From assembly GCA_964619625.1 (NCBI GenBank), contig CAZUFD010000003.1, positions 30,282-94,281 on the forward strand: a stretch of DNA of 64,000 bases, read 5' to 3'. Under the pieces are notes generated by a model that was given only the letters and a program-made list of their open reading frames with translations, did no database searches and was not told the origin of the DNA. The DNA is from an uncultured Gammaproteobacteria bacterium (GTDB lineage Bacteria; Patescibacteriota; Patescibacteriia; Magasanikbacterales; GWA2-37-8). Position numbers and translations under genes: made by a program. Of this stretch, positions 17,506 to 28,392 are shown in pieces. Every line of letters starts with the position of its first letter. The stretch's first letter is position 1.

Positions 17506-19476
17506 TTAATTTAAGTATTTTTTCCCCCACCAGAGCAAGAAATCACGGGCAATTGGCTGGGAAGCGGTACTCCCTTCTTCACCCTCTTCTACAAGCACAG
17601 TCACTACAATTTGAGGGTCGTTTGCTGGAGCAAATGAAGTGAACCAGGCATGGTTATCTTTATTTGAATTCCACTGCGCCGTACCTGTTTTTCCGCCGCT
17701 TGCAAACGGCAGTACCCGCATAAGTCCGCAACTGCCGTATGCTACACAATCTTTCATCCCCTGGCGAACGATGCTTAAGTTCTCGGTAGAAACGGGTACG
17801 TCGTATTTTTTGAAATCTAAAGAGCTTTTAGTATGGGTTACGGGTTCTTCCAGTTGCAGACCCAAATGAGGTTGTATTACTTTACCGCCGTTTGCCACGG
17901 CCGCAGTCCATACGGCTACTTGGAGCGGCGTTACGAGTAAATCTCCCTGGCCAATGGAGATATTGTAGGTATCACCGACAAACCACTGCTCGCCCTTAGT
18001 TTTAAGTTTCCATTCTTTGCTTGGCAGAAAACCGGCAGCTTCTCCGGTTAAATCTATTTCAGTTTTTTTAGAAATTCCAAACGCAGTCATATACTTGGCA
18101 ATTCTATCAATCCCTAAGCCTACGAAATTTTTATATCCGCCGCCTACGTAGTAAAAAAAAGTATTTACTGACCAAGCTATGCCCTTATATACATTGGTAG
18201 TGCCATGACCGCCGGCTTTCCAATCTCTGAATATTCTATCTCCCAATTGTAATCCGCCCGTGCTTAAAAAGGCCGTGGTAGGAGTGATTATTTTTTCCTG
18301 CAAAGCCGCGGCGGCCACAACCAGCTTTATCGTAGAGCCGGATGGATACGTACCTCCGATAGCCCGATTAAACAGCGGATGATCGGTATTTTGAGTGTAC
18401 TGGCTATATTTTTTTTGAGTTATGCCTCCGGAAAAATCATTATTATCAAAGGCCGGCAGACTGACCATGGCCAAAATTGAACCGTCTCGTGGGTCCATAG
18501 CCATCGCCGCCGCGCGTTTCTTGCCTGTTTTTGCCAGCATGTTTTTTGTGAGCTCTTCCAATTTTTTTTGCGCTTCCAAATCAAGCGTTAAGATTAGATT
18601 TTTTCCCGGATGCGGCGGATCTTCGGCGAGCACGCTTTGTTCCCGGCCAATAGCGTTTACTTCCACCTTTTTAAGCCCGTATTTGCCGCGCAACGCGGAT
18701 TCGTAGCTTTTTTCGAGTCCAACTTTGCCGATATTATCAAATGGCAAGTATTCTTCCGTATCTTTTAGACCCTCTACTTCCTGATCATTTAATTTGCCTA
18801 AGTACCCAAGAAGGTGGGAAATACTTAGGTTGTGTTCCACAGTGCTTGTGGAAGAAATATATTGGCGTTTGCTGCCTTTTTCAATGGAAATACCGGGAAG
18901 TTGCGAGCTTTGGATGTATAACTTTAACGCGGATTCGTAGTCCAAGTTTTCTTTAATAACCAAAGAAGCGTAGCTGTAGGAACTGTATTTCTTTAACATT
19001 TCCGTAATTTGTTCTTCGGGTACGCCGCTTAAACTGACTACTTTCTCAATAACAGTTTTGCGTTTGCCGGCATTTCTAGGCAGATCTTGAGGGATCAAAG
19101 CTAGAGAAAAATTAGGCACATTTTCTACAAGCTCCGTATGGAATCTATCATAGATAATCCCCCGTTCCGAAAGAATTGGCCGCAACCTAATTCTATTCCC
19201 TTCGGCTAGATCGCGATAATAATCGCCTTTTACCGTTTGCAGATAAAACGTTTTGCCAAAAAGCATGCCAAGCCCGGCAACAACGACAAGCATCATAATA
19301 AAAATATTCTTTCGAGGAATGCTCGTGCCTAAGTATGTTTTGGTATGTGATAAGGAAATTTGTTTGCCGGTCTGGCGTTCAAAATTAAAAGACTCCTCAA
19401 CCCAGTTGTGGCTATACTTTCCATCCAAATCTCCACGTTGAATTTTTTCTTCGGAAATATCAAATATTTTTGCCAT
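17506..19476 (-). CDS. mrdA: Penicillin-binding protein 2
   Basis: RGIIYDR plus the STIK (SxxK), SVN (SxN) and KTG motifs. Follows mreD. Confidence 0.93.
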   Translation of the reverse strand: MAKIFDISEEKIQRGDLDGKYSHNWVEESFNFERQTGKQISLSHTKTYLGTSIPRKNIFIMMLVVVAGLGMLFGKTFYLQTVKGDYYRDLAEGNRIRLRPILSERGIIYDRFHTELVENVPNFSLALIPQDLPRNAGKRKTVIEKVVSLSGVPEEQITEMLKKYSSYSYASLVIKENLDYESALKLYIQSSQLPGISIEKGSKRQYISSTSTVEHNLSISHLLGYLGKLNDQEVEGLKDTEEYLPFDNIGKVGLEKSYESALRGKYGLKKVEVNAIGREQSVLAEDPPHPGKNLILTLDLEAQKKLEELTKNMLAKTGKKRAAAMAMDPRDGSILAMVSLPAFDNNDFSGGITQKKYSQYTQNTDHPLFNRAIGGTYPSGSTIKLVVAAAALQEKIITPTTAFLSTGGLQLGDRIFRDWKAGGHGTTNVYKGIAWSVNTFFYYVGGGYKNFVGLGIDRIAKYMTAFGISKKTEIDLTGEAAGFLPSKEWKLKTKGEQWFVGDTYNISIGQGDLLVTPLQVAVWTAAVANGGKVIQPHLGLQLEEPVTHTKSSLDFKKYDVPVSTENLSIVRQGMKDCVAYGSCGLMRVLPFASGGKTGTAQWNSNKDNHAWFTSFAPANDPQIVVTVLVEEGEEGSTASQPIARDFLLWWGKKYLN

Positions 19477-20008
19477 ACATGCGCGCGTTTCTGGCCGAGG
19501 AGTGTAAATATTTTAAGAATTTTAAATCAAAAAGATACATCAAAAATAATAGAATTGAGGAAAGCAGCACCTCCCAGCCTGTATCTGCCAAAATTTCTTT
19601 ATATGGTAATCCGGGGAGATTGTAAAAGTAGTTATAGATCGTTAGGAGGAGTACAAATAATATGCGGTATAAGGTAATGCCCAAGATAGCGGACAGCAGT
19701 ATCATATATACCGAACGGTTGGTAAGGATATGAAGCTGAAACCAGTTAATTGTCAAAAGGCTAGCCAGGAGCGCGGAAGTGCCAATGCCGAACGGAATAC
19801 TGCTTAGTAGTTCCGAAAAGTATGATATAACGAGGCCTAGCCAAAAAATTTTCTTACTGGGGGCAACAATGAGTAATAACAACAAGACGACAAAAATAAT
19901 GTTGGTGTGGTTAAAAGGGTATGGCAAAAAATTAACGATAAATATATGCGTTGTCAGAATCAGGGTTACATATATACAAAGCATGATTGCTTTCCATACT
20001 ATCTTCAT
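19460..20008 (-). CDS. mreD: Rod shape-determining protein MreD-like
   Basis: Multi-TM protein between mreC and mrdA. Confidence 0.7.
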   Translation of the reverse strand: MKIVWKAIMLCIYVTLILTTHIFIVNFLPYPFNHTNIIFVVLLLLLIVAPSKKIFWLGLVISYFSELLSSIPFGIGTSALLASLLTINWFQLHILTNRSVYMILLSAILGITLYRILFVLLLTIYNYFYNLPGLPYKEILADTGWEVLLSSILLFLMYLFDLKFLKYLHSSARNARMYGKNI

Positions 20009-20020
20009 AGATGGGGAATA

Positions 20021-20821
20021 TTAGTTGGGTATCAGGATACTAACAATGGAGAGTTTGGAAAGATCGGTGCTGGGCGTAAGTACGGCTTGTTGAAACGGCT
20101 GGTAGGCTTCGTTCTCGGCTACAGCGACCTCGCCAATGAGCAAACCTCGGGGGATGTTTTGTTCCATTCCCGAAGTAATGATTTGGTCGCCAATAAGCAC
20201 GGTTTCGTTTCGAGGGATAAAATTCATGCGTATACTGAGTCCGTAACCGCCTTCTACAACTCCCAAACTGCCATCCTTATTTAAAATTGTGGCGGCAATC
20301 TTGCTTTGATTATCGTTAATCAGCCGCACCATGGAAATATGTTTTTCAACTTTGGCAATAGTGCCCACCAAAATCCCCTCTCCGGCAATGACAGGTTGGC
20401 CAATTTTTACCCCGGCCTCTTCGCCGGCAGTAATAATTATCATTTTTTCCACGCTGTCCGTGTTTCTTCCCACCACTTCCGCCATGACATGAGCAAAACT
20501 ACGTTCACTGAGAAAGTTTAATTGTTTTTTTAATTCGGCATTTTCTTGCTCCAGCACCTTTAATGTTGCTTTATCCACCTCGGAATTCTGATTTTTTTCT
20601 AAACATGTATTGTAATTATCCATGACAGTCTGTTTGTCGGCAACATATTTAAATGAATCTTGAAAAGCAAAACGCCAGCTGGTGATTTTGCTGGAGATGG
20701 GAATGATTACGGCTTGTACGCCGCGCTCTAAAAATTTTAACCACCCCAAATAATGGAAACCAATGAGCAGAGCTAAGATAAAACCTAAAAAAAAATAGTT
20801 TCTAACCTTAAAACGAAGCAT
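20021..20821 (-). CDS. mreC: Rod shape-determining protein MreC
   Basis: Coiled coil ENAELKKQL and the motif GDQIITSG...PRGLLIG. Confidence 0.93.
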   Translation of the reverse strand: MLRFKVRNYFFLGFILALLIGFHYLGWLKFLERGVQAVIIPISSKITSWRFAFQDSFKYVADKQTVMDNYNTCLEKNQNSEVDKATLKVLEQENAELKKQLNFLSERSFAHVMAEVVGRNTDSVEKMIIITAGEEAGVKIGQPVIAGEGILVGTIAKVEKHISMVRLINDNQSKIAATILNKDGSLGVVEGGYGLSIRMNFIPRNETVLIGDQIITSGMEQNIPRGLLIGEVAVAENEAYQPFQQAVLTPSTDLSKLSIVSILIPN

Positions 20822-20834
20822 ACGTTATGTTGAT

Positions 20835-21890
20835 TTATAGCGGTGACTGCCTTTGATTCTGATTTTTTATGGAGATTTCATTAAGCAACTCTTCTTCGTC
20901 AAGGAGTATGCCCGCGCCTCGCACCACCGAAGTAAGCGGATCATCAGCGATACGGACGGGAATTTCTACGGCTCTGGCAATAAGCTGGTCAAAACCTCGC
21001 AAGAGCGCGCCGCCGCCTGAAAGCACAATGCCCCGCTCATGAATATCGGCAACCAGTTCTGGCGGCGTAGTTTCCAAAACGCCTTTTATATTTTCAATAA
21101 TTGTTCTGAGAGATTTAGCGATCGCTTCACGAACTTGCGAATCATTGATCATCACTTCTTTTGGCAAACCGGAAACAAGATCGCGGCCGCGCATTGGGAA
21201 ATGCATTGGCTCATTTAATTCTATAGCTGAGCCAATTTTTATTTTTATTTCCTCGGCTTGTTTCTCGCCCAAGAGTAAATTAAAGTGATCGCGGGCATAC
21301 TGAATAATATTTCGGTTTAATTCATCTCCGGCTACGGGAATAGAGCGCCAGGTAACAATGCCGCTGAGTGAAATAACTGCGATCTCGGCCGTACCGCCGC
21401 CAATTTCTACGATAAAATTACCAATCGGTTCTCGGATTGGCATACGCGCGCCAATCGCCGCGGCCATAGGTTCCTGGATTACTATTACTTCCCTGGCACC
21501 GGCATTAGTGGCCGCGTCGGTAATGGCTTTTAATTCTACCTCGGTAATTTCCAGAGGCGCTCCAACCACGACGCGCGGGCGGGTCATAAAATTCATGTTG
21601 TCCTCGTATACTTTGTCAATAAAATACTTAAGCATTTTTTCCGTAACTTCAAAGTCGGAAATAATGCCGTTGATGAGCGGTCTGGTAGTGAGAATATGCG
21701 GCGGGGTTTTGCCTAACATTTCTTTAGCTTCGTTTCCCACAGCTAAAATTTGTTCGGTTTTAGTATTGACAGCCACGACACTCGGCTCGTTTATCACCAC
21801 TCCCCGGCCCTTAACATACACCAGCGTATTTGCGGTACCTAAATCAATGCCAATATCCTTTCTTAATTTTCCGAGCAAGCCTTCAAACAT
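20835..21890 (-). CDS. mreB: Rod shape-determining protein MreB
   Basis: Motifs IDLGTANT, EPSVVA, EPMAAAIGA and GGGALL. Confidence 0.96.
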   Translation of the reverse strand: MFEGLLGKLRKDIGIDLGTANTLVYVKGRGVVINEPSVVAVNTKTEQILAVGNEAKEMLGKTPPHILTTRPLINGIISDFEVTEKMLKYFIDKVYEDNMNFMTRPRVVVGAPLEITEVELKAITDAATNAGAREVIVIQEPMAAAIGARMPIREPIGNFIVEIGGGTAEIAVISLSGIVTWRSIPVAGDELNRNIIQYARDHFNLLLGEKQAEEIKIKIGSAIELNEPMHFPMRGRDLVSGLPKEVMINDSQVREAIAKSLRTIIENIKGVLETTPPELVADIHERGIVLSGGGALLRGFDQLIARAVEIPVRIADDPLTSVVRGAGILLDEEELLNEISIKNQNQRQSPL

Positions 21891-21904
21891 ACGTTGTTGT
21901 AATT

Positions 21905-22294
21905 CTATCTATTAGTATATTTTCGGTTGGTAAAAATTATTCCTTCTATAGCGATAAAAATTAGAATTAGCAAAATCGCGCTCCACCAGGCAAATAAATC
22001 TATTTGTAGTAAAAATAACCCGGCCACGATGATTCCGGCCACAAGCATTCCCTGTCTGAATGTGGACTTCACATGGTGAAAAACAACCTGGTCATCCTTA
22101 AGGATTATTTTTTTGATAAGGAACCCCATGACGGAAAATGTGCCGGCCAGAGCCAGGAAAAGACTGCAATAAAAAAATAAAAAACCAAAAAATCCGGCTT
22201 GGGTGGGGTCTGTGCTGTTTAAGACAAAGAACCAAGCCAACCAACAGATAAACGCCCCAATAGACATTAAAATTAGGTAATATCGCAGGGTCAT
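21905..22294 (-). CDS. Hypothetical 4-TM membrane protein
   Basis: Four hydrophobic segments. Lies upstream of mreB. Confidence 0.75.
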   Translation of the reverse strand: MTLRYYLILMSIGAFICWLAWFFVLNSTDPTQAGFFGFLFFYCSLFLALAGTFSVMGFLIKKIILKDDQVVFHHVKSTFRQGMLVAGIIVAGLFLLQIDLFAWWSAILLILIFIAIEGIIFTNRKYTNR

Positions 22295-22388
22295 AGTGTG
22301 TTACGGGTCGGGCTTGAGTAGACACTACCCGACCTGATTCTGATGAATCAATTTTAGCTGTGTTTTGCCGGTTTGGCAAGTCGCCTAG

Positions 22389-22685
22389 TTAAAATAGATA
22401 CCGCACCTTTTCTATGCTTTGCACGCCCAATTTATTGTTTGCGAGGGCTACGATTTTTTTCTCATGTAAGCGTATTTCCTGGGCCATTACCGAGCTGAGG
22501 CAAGTTATGGCAATGGTTTTATCTTTAAAATAAACAGCCTGAGCGAATTTCTTCGCGTTAACCCCGAATAATTCCCGTATGACTTCGTTTGCTTTTTCTA
22601 CAACAAATGTCGCAGCCACTTGTTTGCCGACCGGTGTTTGTCCCATGTGTTTTTTTAAAATTTCTCCCAAAGATTTCATGGCCAT
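22389..22685 (-). CDS. DciA/DUF721 family protein
   Basis: MKSLGEIL...SSVMAQEIRL...IEKVRY pattern. The start was moved to ATG 22685. Confidence 0.75.
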   Translation of the reverse strand: MAMKSLGEILKKHMGQTPVGKQVAATFVVEKANEVIRELFGVNAKKFAQAVYFKDKTIAITCLSSVMAQEIRLHEKKIVALANNKLGVQSIEKVRYLF

Positions 22686-22710
22686 ACAAAATCGTATAAA
22701 TAATTTTAAT

Positions 22711-25680
22711 TTAAGCTCTAAATTGACAAATATCTCTAAAATCACAGCGTTTGCAAACATGAGGGCTCGGCGTGGCGGTGAAATCCTGCGAATTTATCTG
22801 ATCAATGGCCGTAACAACTTTTTCTTTTAGTTTTTCTATGTCTTTTTCATTTCCTAAAAAGGAAACTTTTAAATTATCGTTGAGATAAAAATACGTGAGA
22901 CGTTCCGGCGCGCCGATGTTTTTATATTCCGGCAGTTCATTCACTGCTATTTGGTAAAGCAATAATTGGTCCTTATCTTCGCTCTCAAGTTTTTCTTTGC
23001 CATTTCCAGTCTTGTAATCTATAATTTCCAGCTGTCCGTTTGGAAGTTGGTCTATCCTGTCAATGCGGCCATTTACCAAATAATTTCCGATTTTTATTTT
23101 AAACCATCCTTCCAGAGAAATTGGAATGGTCCAATTATCCTTTTCGGTATTATAAAAGGTCTGTAGAATTTCTTTGCCCAGTTTATAATATTCCTCTCGT
23201 TGCGCTTTGCTTTTATACCAATCATCAATCCAAGCCGCTTCATAAAAATTTAACAACTCCTGCAAACTTGGCGCTTTTACACCATTGCTTGATGGCTCCA
23301 CTTTTTCCGGCAGAGCAAATAATGATGTTTGTGTAGCCCTATTTAAGTCTTTTAATCGTTCATAAAATTTTTGTAAGGCAGAGTGGATGCTTTGGCCAAA
23401 ACTGAAGCTGGCGTTGCCTTTGGTGGGGATTTTCAAAACATGCGCCAATTTATATTGATACGGACACGTGCGATAGGATTTTATTTGGGAAAAAGAAAAA
23501 ACTTTTGGTAGTTCGTAAATAAATTCGCCCTTTTCATTATTTTTAATGGGGGCCGATAGGCTTAGGCTTTCTTCGTTTCCGCCCGAGGCGGATCGGCCTT
23601 GGGCCGAAAATCCTAATTCAGGCAGAAAACGGGAAATTTTTTTTGTTCTTACGCCGCCATAATCATCGGCGCTGGTTAGATATAATCGTTCTTTGGCTCT
23701 GGTCATGGCCACATAAAACAACCTACGCTCTTCTTGATAATGACCATCGCCGCTTGGCAGCTGTTCTTTAATAAGCGCGGCCGGAATTTCTATCGGTTCG
23801 CCGCGGCGGCGTCCGGGAAACCTGTCTTCTACCAAGTTCACGACAAAAACATATTTAAATTCCAACCCTTTGGATTTATGCACCGTAATGATATTTACCG
23901 AATCGGGAGTTTCGGTTGGTTGATACATGGCGCCTAAATCACCGGATTCCATGATGTAGTTTAAGTGCTCTAAGAAACCCGCGACATGCGCTCCGGGCGT
24001 GGAATTTTCAAAGCCGCTCATATATTCAAAAAATTCTTTCAGCTGGTAAATTTGCCGAATGACTTCCCTGTTTTGATCTACTTCCTCTTTGGCTAAATAT
24101 TCCAGCAGGCCGCTATCCTGAAGAAAATGAAAAAGTACGGTAGTGGGTTTCTCATTTTTGGCATTCTGCATTCCCGCATGGATAACAGTTAATAATTTGT
24201 CTGCGGCGGCGATGCCATTTGGCGACAAACCAAACTCTACCGCTCGTTTTAAGGCTTCATAGAAAGAAATACTTTTCCTTTTCGCGTTAAAAGTTATTTT
24301 TTGAATATCGTGGTCATCTAATTTCCAGATCGGCATCAGCAGCAATCGGAAAATCGCGCTTGATTCCCGATAATTATCCAGCAGTTTAAAAAAATTGAGG
24401 CAGTCCAGCACCAGTGGTTGGCGATACAAGCCTGACGCCGCCAGAAATTCGTATGGTATCCCCGCCTTTTCCAGCGCCGAAATAAATGGTTCGCTATGGT
24501 TATTGGCACGCACCAGGATTGCAAAATCATCCCAGGTCGCTTCTGTATCCGTATCTTTTATTTTTTTTATTTCTTCAATGACCGAATGTACTTCTTGATC
24601 GAGTGTGGCAGCGTGCAGATGGACAACTTTTTCCTTGTTGTATAAGGGATCCTTCGGCGCCAGCTCAGGATGACTAGCGCGGCTAGTCAGTTTTTTATTT
24701 ACTTGCAATTTTATTTCCAGCCTGTCCGGATTATTATTTTGTATTAATTTATACGCGCTATTCAAAATTTCCTGGCGGGAACGATAATTTTCATTAAGTA
24801 CAATCTCTTGGGCTTTGGGAAAATCATCTTTGAACCGTAAAATATTAGACACCGAAGCGCCTCTAAACGCATAGATACTCTGATCATCGTCGCCTACTAC
24901 CGTAAGCTGTGAATTTGAACCCGTAAGAAGCCGTACCAATTGATACTGCGCCCAATTTACATCCTGAAATTCATCCACCAAAATATATTTGAATCTATTT
25001 TGAAGCAGTTTCAAAATTGCCGGACGTTCTTTTAATAATTTAATGGTATAGAAAATAAGATCGGCAAAATCCAGATAATTATTGTCCAAAAGTAGTTGAT
25101 TGTAAACATGATAGGCGTTTGCAAGTTCAGCCAAGCGATTTTTTTCTTCAATTTCCGCGTTGTCCGTATCGGCTTGCAACTCTTGAACATAACGCAAATA
25201 ATCGGCCGGTGTAATTAATTCGTCCTTGCATTTTTGAAAATGAGAAATGAGGGCATGGATATGACTCGTCGGATTTCCAAGCGAACGATAATAATCCAAG
25301 TTAAATGTATCCAAATTTTGCCGTACCAGCAGCCAGGCATCTACTTCGGTAAGCAGCTTAAATTTATTGCTGATACCGATATCTAACCCATATTCCTCTA
25401 AAATTTTCTGACAAAAGGAGTGAAACGTGGAGATTTGCAAATCTACATAACCAATCCCTACCTCCGCGTCCACCCTATCAAACATCTCTGCCGCGGCTTT
25501 TTCGGTAAACGTGAGCGCCAAAATTTCACTGGTCTTGGCCAGCTTATTTTGTAGAATATGCAACATTTTTTGAGTAATTACCGTGGTTTTACCGGTACCT
25601 GCGCCCGCGACAATAATAAGTGGTCCAGATACGTATTCTACCGCCTGTTTCTGCGAAGGGTTTAGTTTATAATTAGCCAT
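22711..25680 (-). CDS. UvrD/PcrA-like SF1 helicase with C-terminal PD-(D/E)XK Fe-S nuclease (AdnAB/AddAB-like)
   Basis: Helicase motifs AGAGTGKT, VDEFQD, GDDDQSIY, HKSKGLEF and EERRLFYVAMTRA. Nuclease motifs GRIDRID..IIDYKTG and CPYQY...CKRCDFRDIC. Confidence 0.92.
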   Translation of the reverse strand: MANYKLNPSQKQAVEYVSGPLIIVAGAGTGKTTVITQKMLHILQNKLAKTSEILALTFTEKAAAEMFDRVDAEVGIGYVDLQISTFHSFCQKILEEYGLDIGISNKFKLLTEVDAWLLVRQNLDTFNLDYYRSLGNPTSHIHALISHFQKCKDELITPADYLRYVQELQADTDNAEIEEKNRLAELANAYHVYNQLLLDNNYLDFADLIFYTIKLLKERPAILKLLQNRFKYILVDEFQDVNWAQYQLVRLLTGSNSQLTVVGDDDQSIYAFRGASVSNILRFKDDFPKAQEIVLNENYRSRQEILNSAYKLIQNNNPDRLEIKLQVNKKLTSRASHPELAPKDPLYNKEKVVHLHAATLDQEVHSVIEEIKKIKDTDTEATWDDFAILVRANNHSEPFISALEKAGIPYEFLAASGLYRQPLVLDCLNFFKLLDNYRESSAIFRLLLMPIWKLDDHDIQKITFNAKRKSISFYEALKRAVEFGLSPNGIAAADKLLTVIHAGMQNAKNEKPTTVLFHFLQDSGLLEYLAKEEVDQNREVIRQIYQLKEFFEYMSGFENSTPGAHVAGFLEHLNYIMESGDLGAMYQPTETPDSVNIITVHKSKGLEFKYVFVVNLVEDRFPGRRRGEPIEIPAALIKEQLPSGDGHYQEERRLFYVAMTRAKERLYLTSADDYGGVRTKKISRFLPELGFSAQGRSASGGNEESLSLSAPIKNNEKGEFIYELPKVFSFSQIKSYRTCPYQYKLAHVLKIPTKGNASFSFGQSIHSALQKFYERLKDLNRATQTSLFALPEKVEPSSNGVKAPSLQELLNFYEAAWIDDWYKSKAQREEYYKLGKEILQTFYNTEKDNWTIPISLEGWFKIKIGNYLVNGRIDRIDQLPNGQLEIIDYKTGNGKEKLESEDKDQLLLYQIAVNELPEYKNIGAPERLTYFYLNDNLKVSFLGNEKDIEKLKEKVVTAIDQINSQDFTATPSPHVCKRCDFRDICQFRA
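23578..23607. repeat. Tandem double-hairpin palindrome inside the helicase CDS (encodes SAQGRSASGG)
   Basis: TCCGCC-CGA-GGCGGA followed by TCGGCC-TTG-GGCCGA. Confidence 0.65.
24646..24674. repeat. REP half-element inside the helicase CDS (encodes SHPELAPKDP)
   Basis: GGGATCCTTCGGCGCCAGCTCAGGATGAC resembles the 3' half of the 362-445 element. Confidence 0.65.
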
Positions 25681-25700
25681 ATCTTCTATCTGTTTAGCAC

Positions 25701-25730
25701 AATAAAAACAGCCTTTTGGCTGTGTTTATT
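25701..25730 (-). terminator. Terminator-like hairpin after the Cys-rich ORF
   Basis: AATAAAAACAGCC-TTTT-GGCTGTGTTTATT. Confidence 0.6.
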
Positions 25731-25759
25731 ATAATTTAACTACGTTTTTTTGACAATCT

Positions 25760-25894
25760 TTACCCCCGTTTATCAATACATTCACAACCGCAGCTTTCAT
25801 CACAACCGCAACAACGCACGCATACACTTTCGTTACACAAGCAAGCATCATTCATTTCCTCCAGCATAGTCCTACATTGTTGGCATTTTTCCAT
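25760..25894 (-). CDS. Metallothionein-like 44-aa Cys-rich peptide (not in ORF track)
   Basis: MEKCQQCRTMLEEMNDACLCNESVCVRCCGCDESCGCECIDKRG has 11 Cys in CxC, CxxC and CC patterns. Confidence 0.7.
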   Translation of the reverse strand: MEKCQQCRTMLEEMNDACLCNESVCVRCCGCDESCGCECIDKRG

Positions 25895-25993
25895 AATTTT
25901 TAATGTTGAGCCAAGTATGAAAATGTGTTTTCATGCTTGCGAGACATTCTAAAATTAGCAAGCTCGGCTTCTAATTTTTAATATTAAGTTTGT

Positions 25994-26542
25994 TTATAGT
26001 TTTATTTTTGCTTTATCATTTTTAATAAAAATATCGCCTACGTCATAATTCATTTTTTGTGGTTGTTGTTCCGGTCTGTATAAAACAACCCGCACATCCA
26101 TTTTTGATAGTTTTATTTCTGAATTATATTGACTTGTTTTCTGTAATGATAAATCCTGCATAGCATGATAATAAGCGATCTGTTCTTTGTCAAGGTTTTG
26201 CAATGGCATCCCTGAAGCTCCAAATATCACTACCCCGCCTTCTTTCTCATACATACGCTGCAGTGTTTTTAAGGTAGGTAATAAATTTGGCTCTATAAAA
26301 CCGCTTGTATCATTTGTAATGATGGTAGGAATTTTTTCCAAAAAAAGTCCTTGGGCAAGCTGCGCGCTAAAATATGATTTTCCCACATTTGCATCGTCAA
26401 GATCCAGTCCCCCCACCGCCACGGCAACATACTTTTGAGATTCAAGCAGATCTTTAATACGACGCGCAGTTTCTTTCAAAGCATCCTCAAAAGAGAACTC
26501 TTTTACCTCTTTGAATTTCTCATGGGAATTGCCTGTTTCCAT
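25994..26542 (-). CDS. Hypothetical protein, possible degenerate P-loop (VGGLDLDDANVGKS)
   Basis: ORF directly after atpC, starting at ATG 26542. Confidence 0.65.
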   Translation of the reverse strand: METGNSHEKFKEVKEFSFEDALKETARRIKDLLESQKYVAVAVGGLDLDDANVGKSYFSAQLAQGLFLEKIPTIITNDTSGFIEPNLLPTLKTLQRMYEKEGGVVIFGASGMPLQNLDKEQIAYYHAMQDLSLQKTSQYNSEIKLSKMDVRVVLYRPEQQPQKMNYDVGDIFIKNDKAKIKL

Positions 26543-26543
26543 A

Positions 26544-26960
26544 TTATGGTAATTTACGATATTTTCTAGCAACTTTCATTTTATTTAATTCCCTATTTAT
26601 TACCGCTTGTAATTTTGCGTAATCAACATCCTGGGCATTCTTTAGATTTGCCATTTGTTCTTCGGCCCTTACGCGCGCTTCCTCGGCTTTATCTATATCT
26701 ATTTCGGCCACTCTCTGCGCGTGGTCGGCTAAAATTACAATTTCATTTTTGCCTCTTACTTCCAAAAATCCTCCGGAAACTGCCATTTGCTGCTCACCTT
26801 CTTTATCTTTGAATTTTAATTCACCGGCTTTAAGGACGGAAATAAGCGGAATGTGGTTTGGAAGAACTGTAATTTCACCCTCCATGGTAGGAATGGTAAC
26901 TTGATAAATTTCATTCTCGTAAATTGTTTTTTCCGGCGTTACGATTTTGAACTTGAGCAT
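26544..26960 (-). CDS. atpC: ATP synthase F1 epsilon
   Basis: Motifs IVTPE, GEITVLPNHIP and VSGGFLEV. Confidence 0.95.
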   Translation of the reverse strand: MLKFKIVTPEKTIYENEIYQVTIPTMEGEITVLPNHIPLISVLKAGELKFKDKEGEQQMAVSGGFLEVRGKNEIVILADHAQRVAEIDIDKAEEARVRAEEQMANLKNAQDVDYAKLQAVINRELNKMKVARKYRKLP

Positions 26961-26971
26961 AATCAATTATT

Positions 26972-28369
<1,398 letters not shown>

Positions 28370-28392
28370 TTAATGGATTAATAAGCGAGAAT

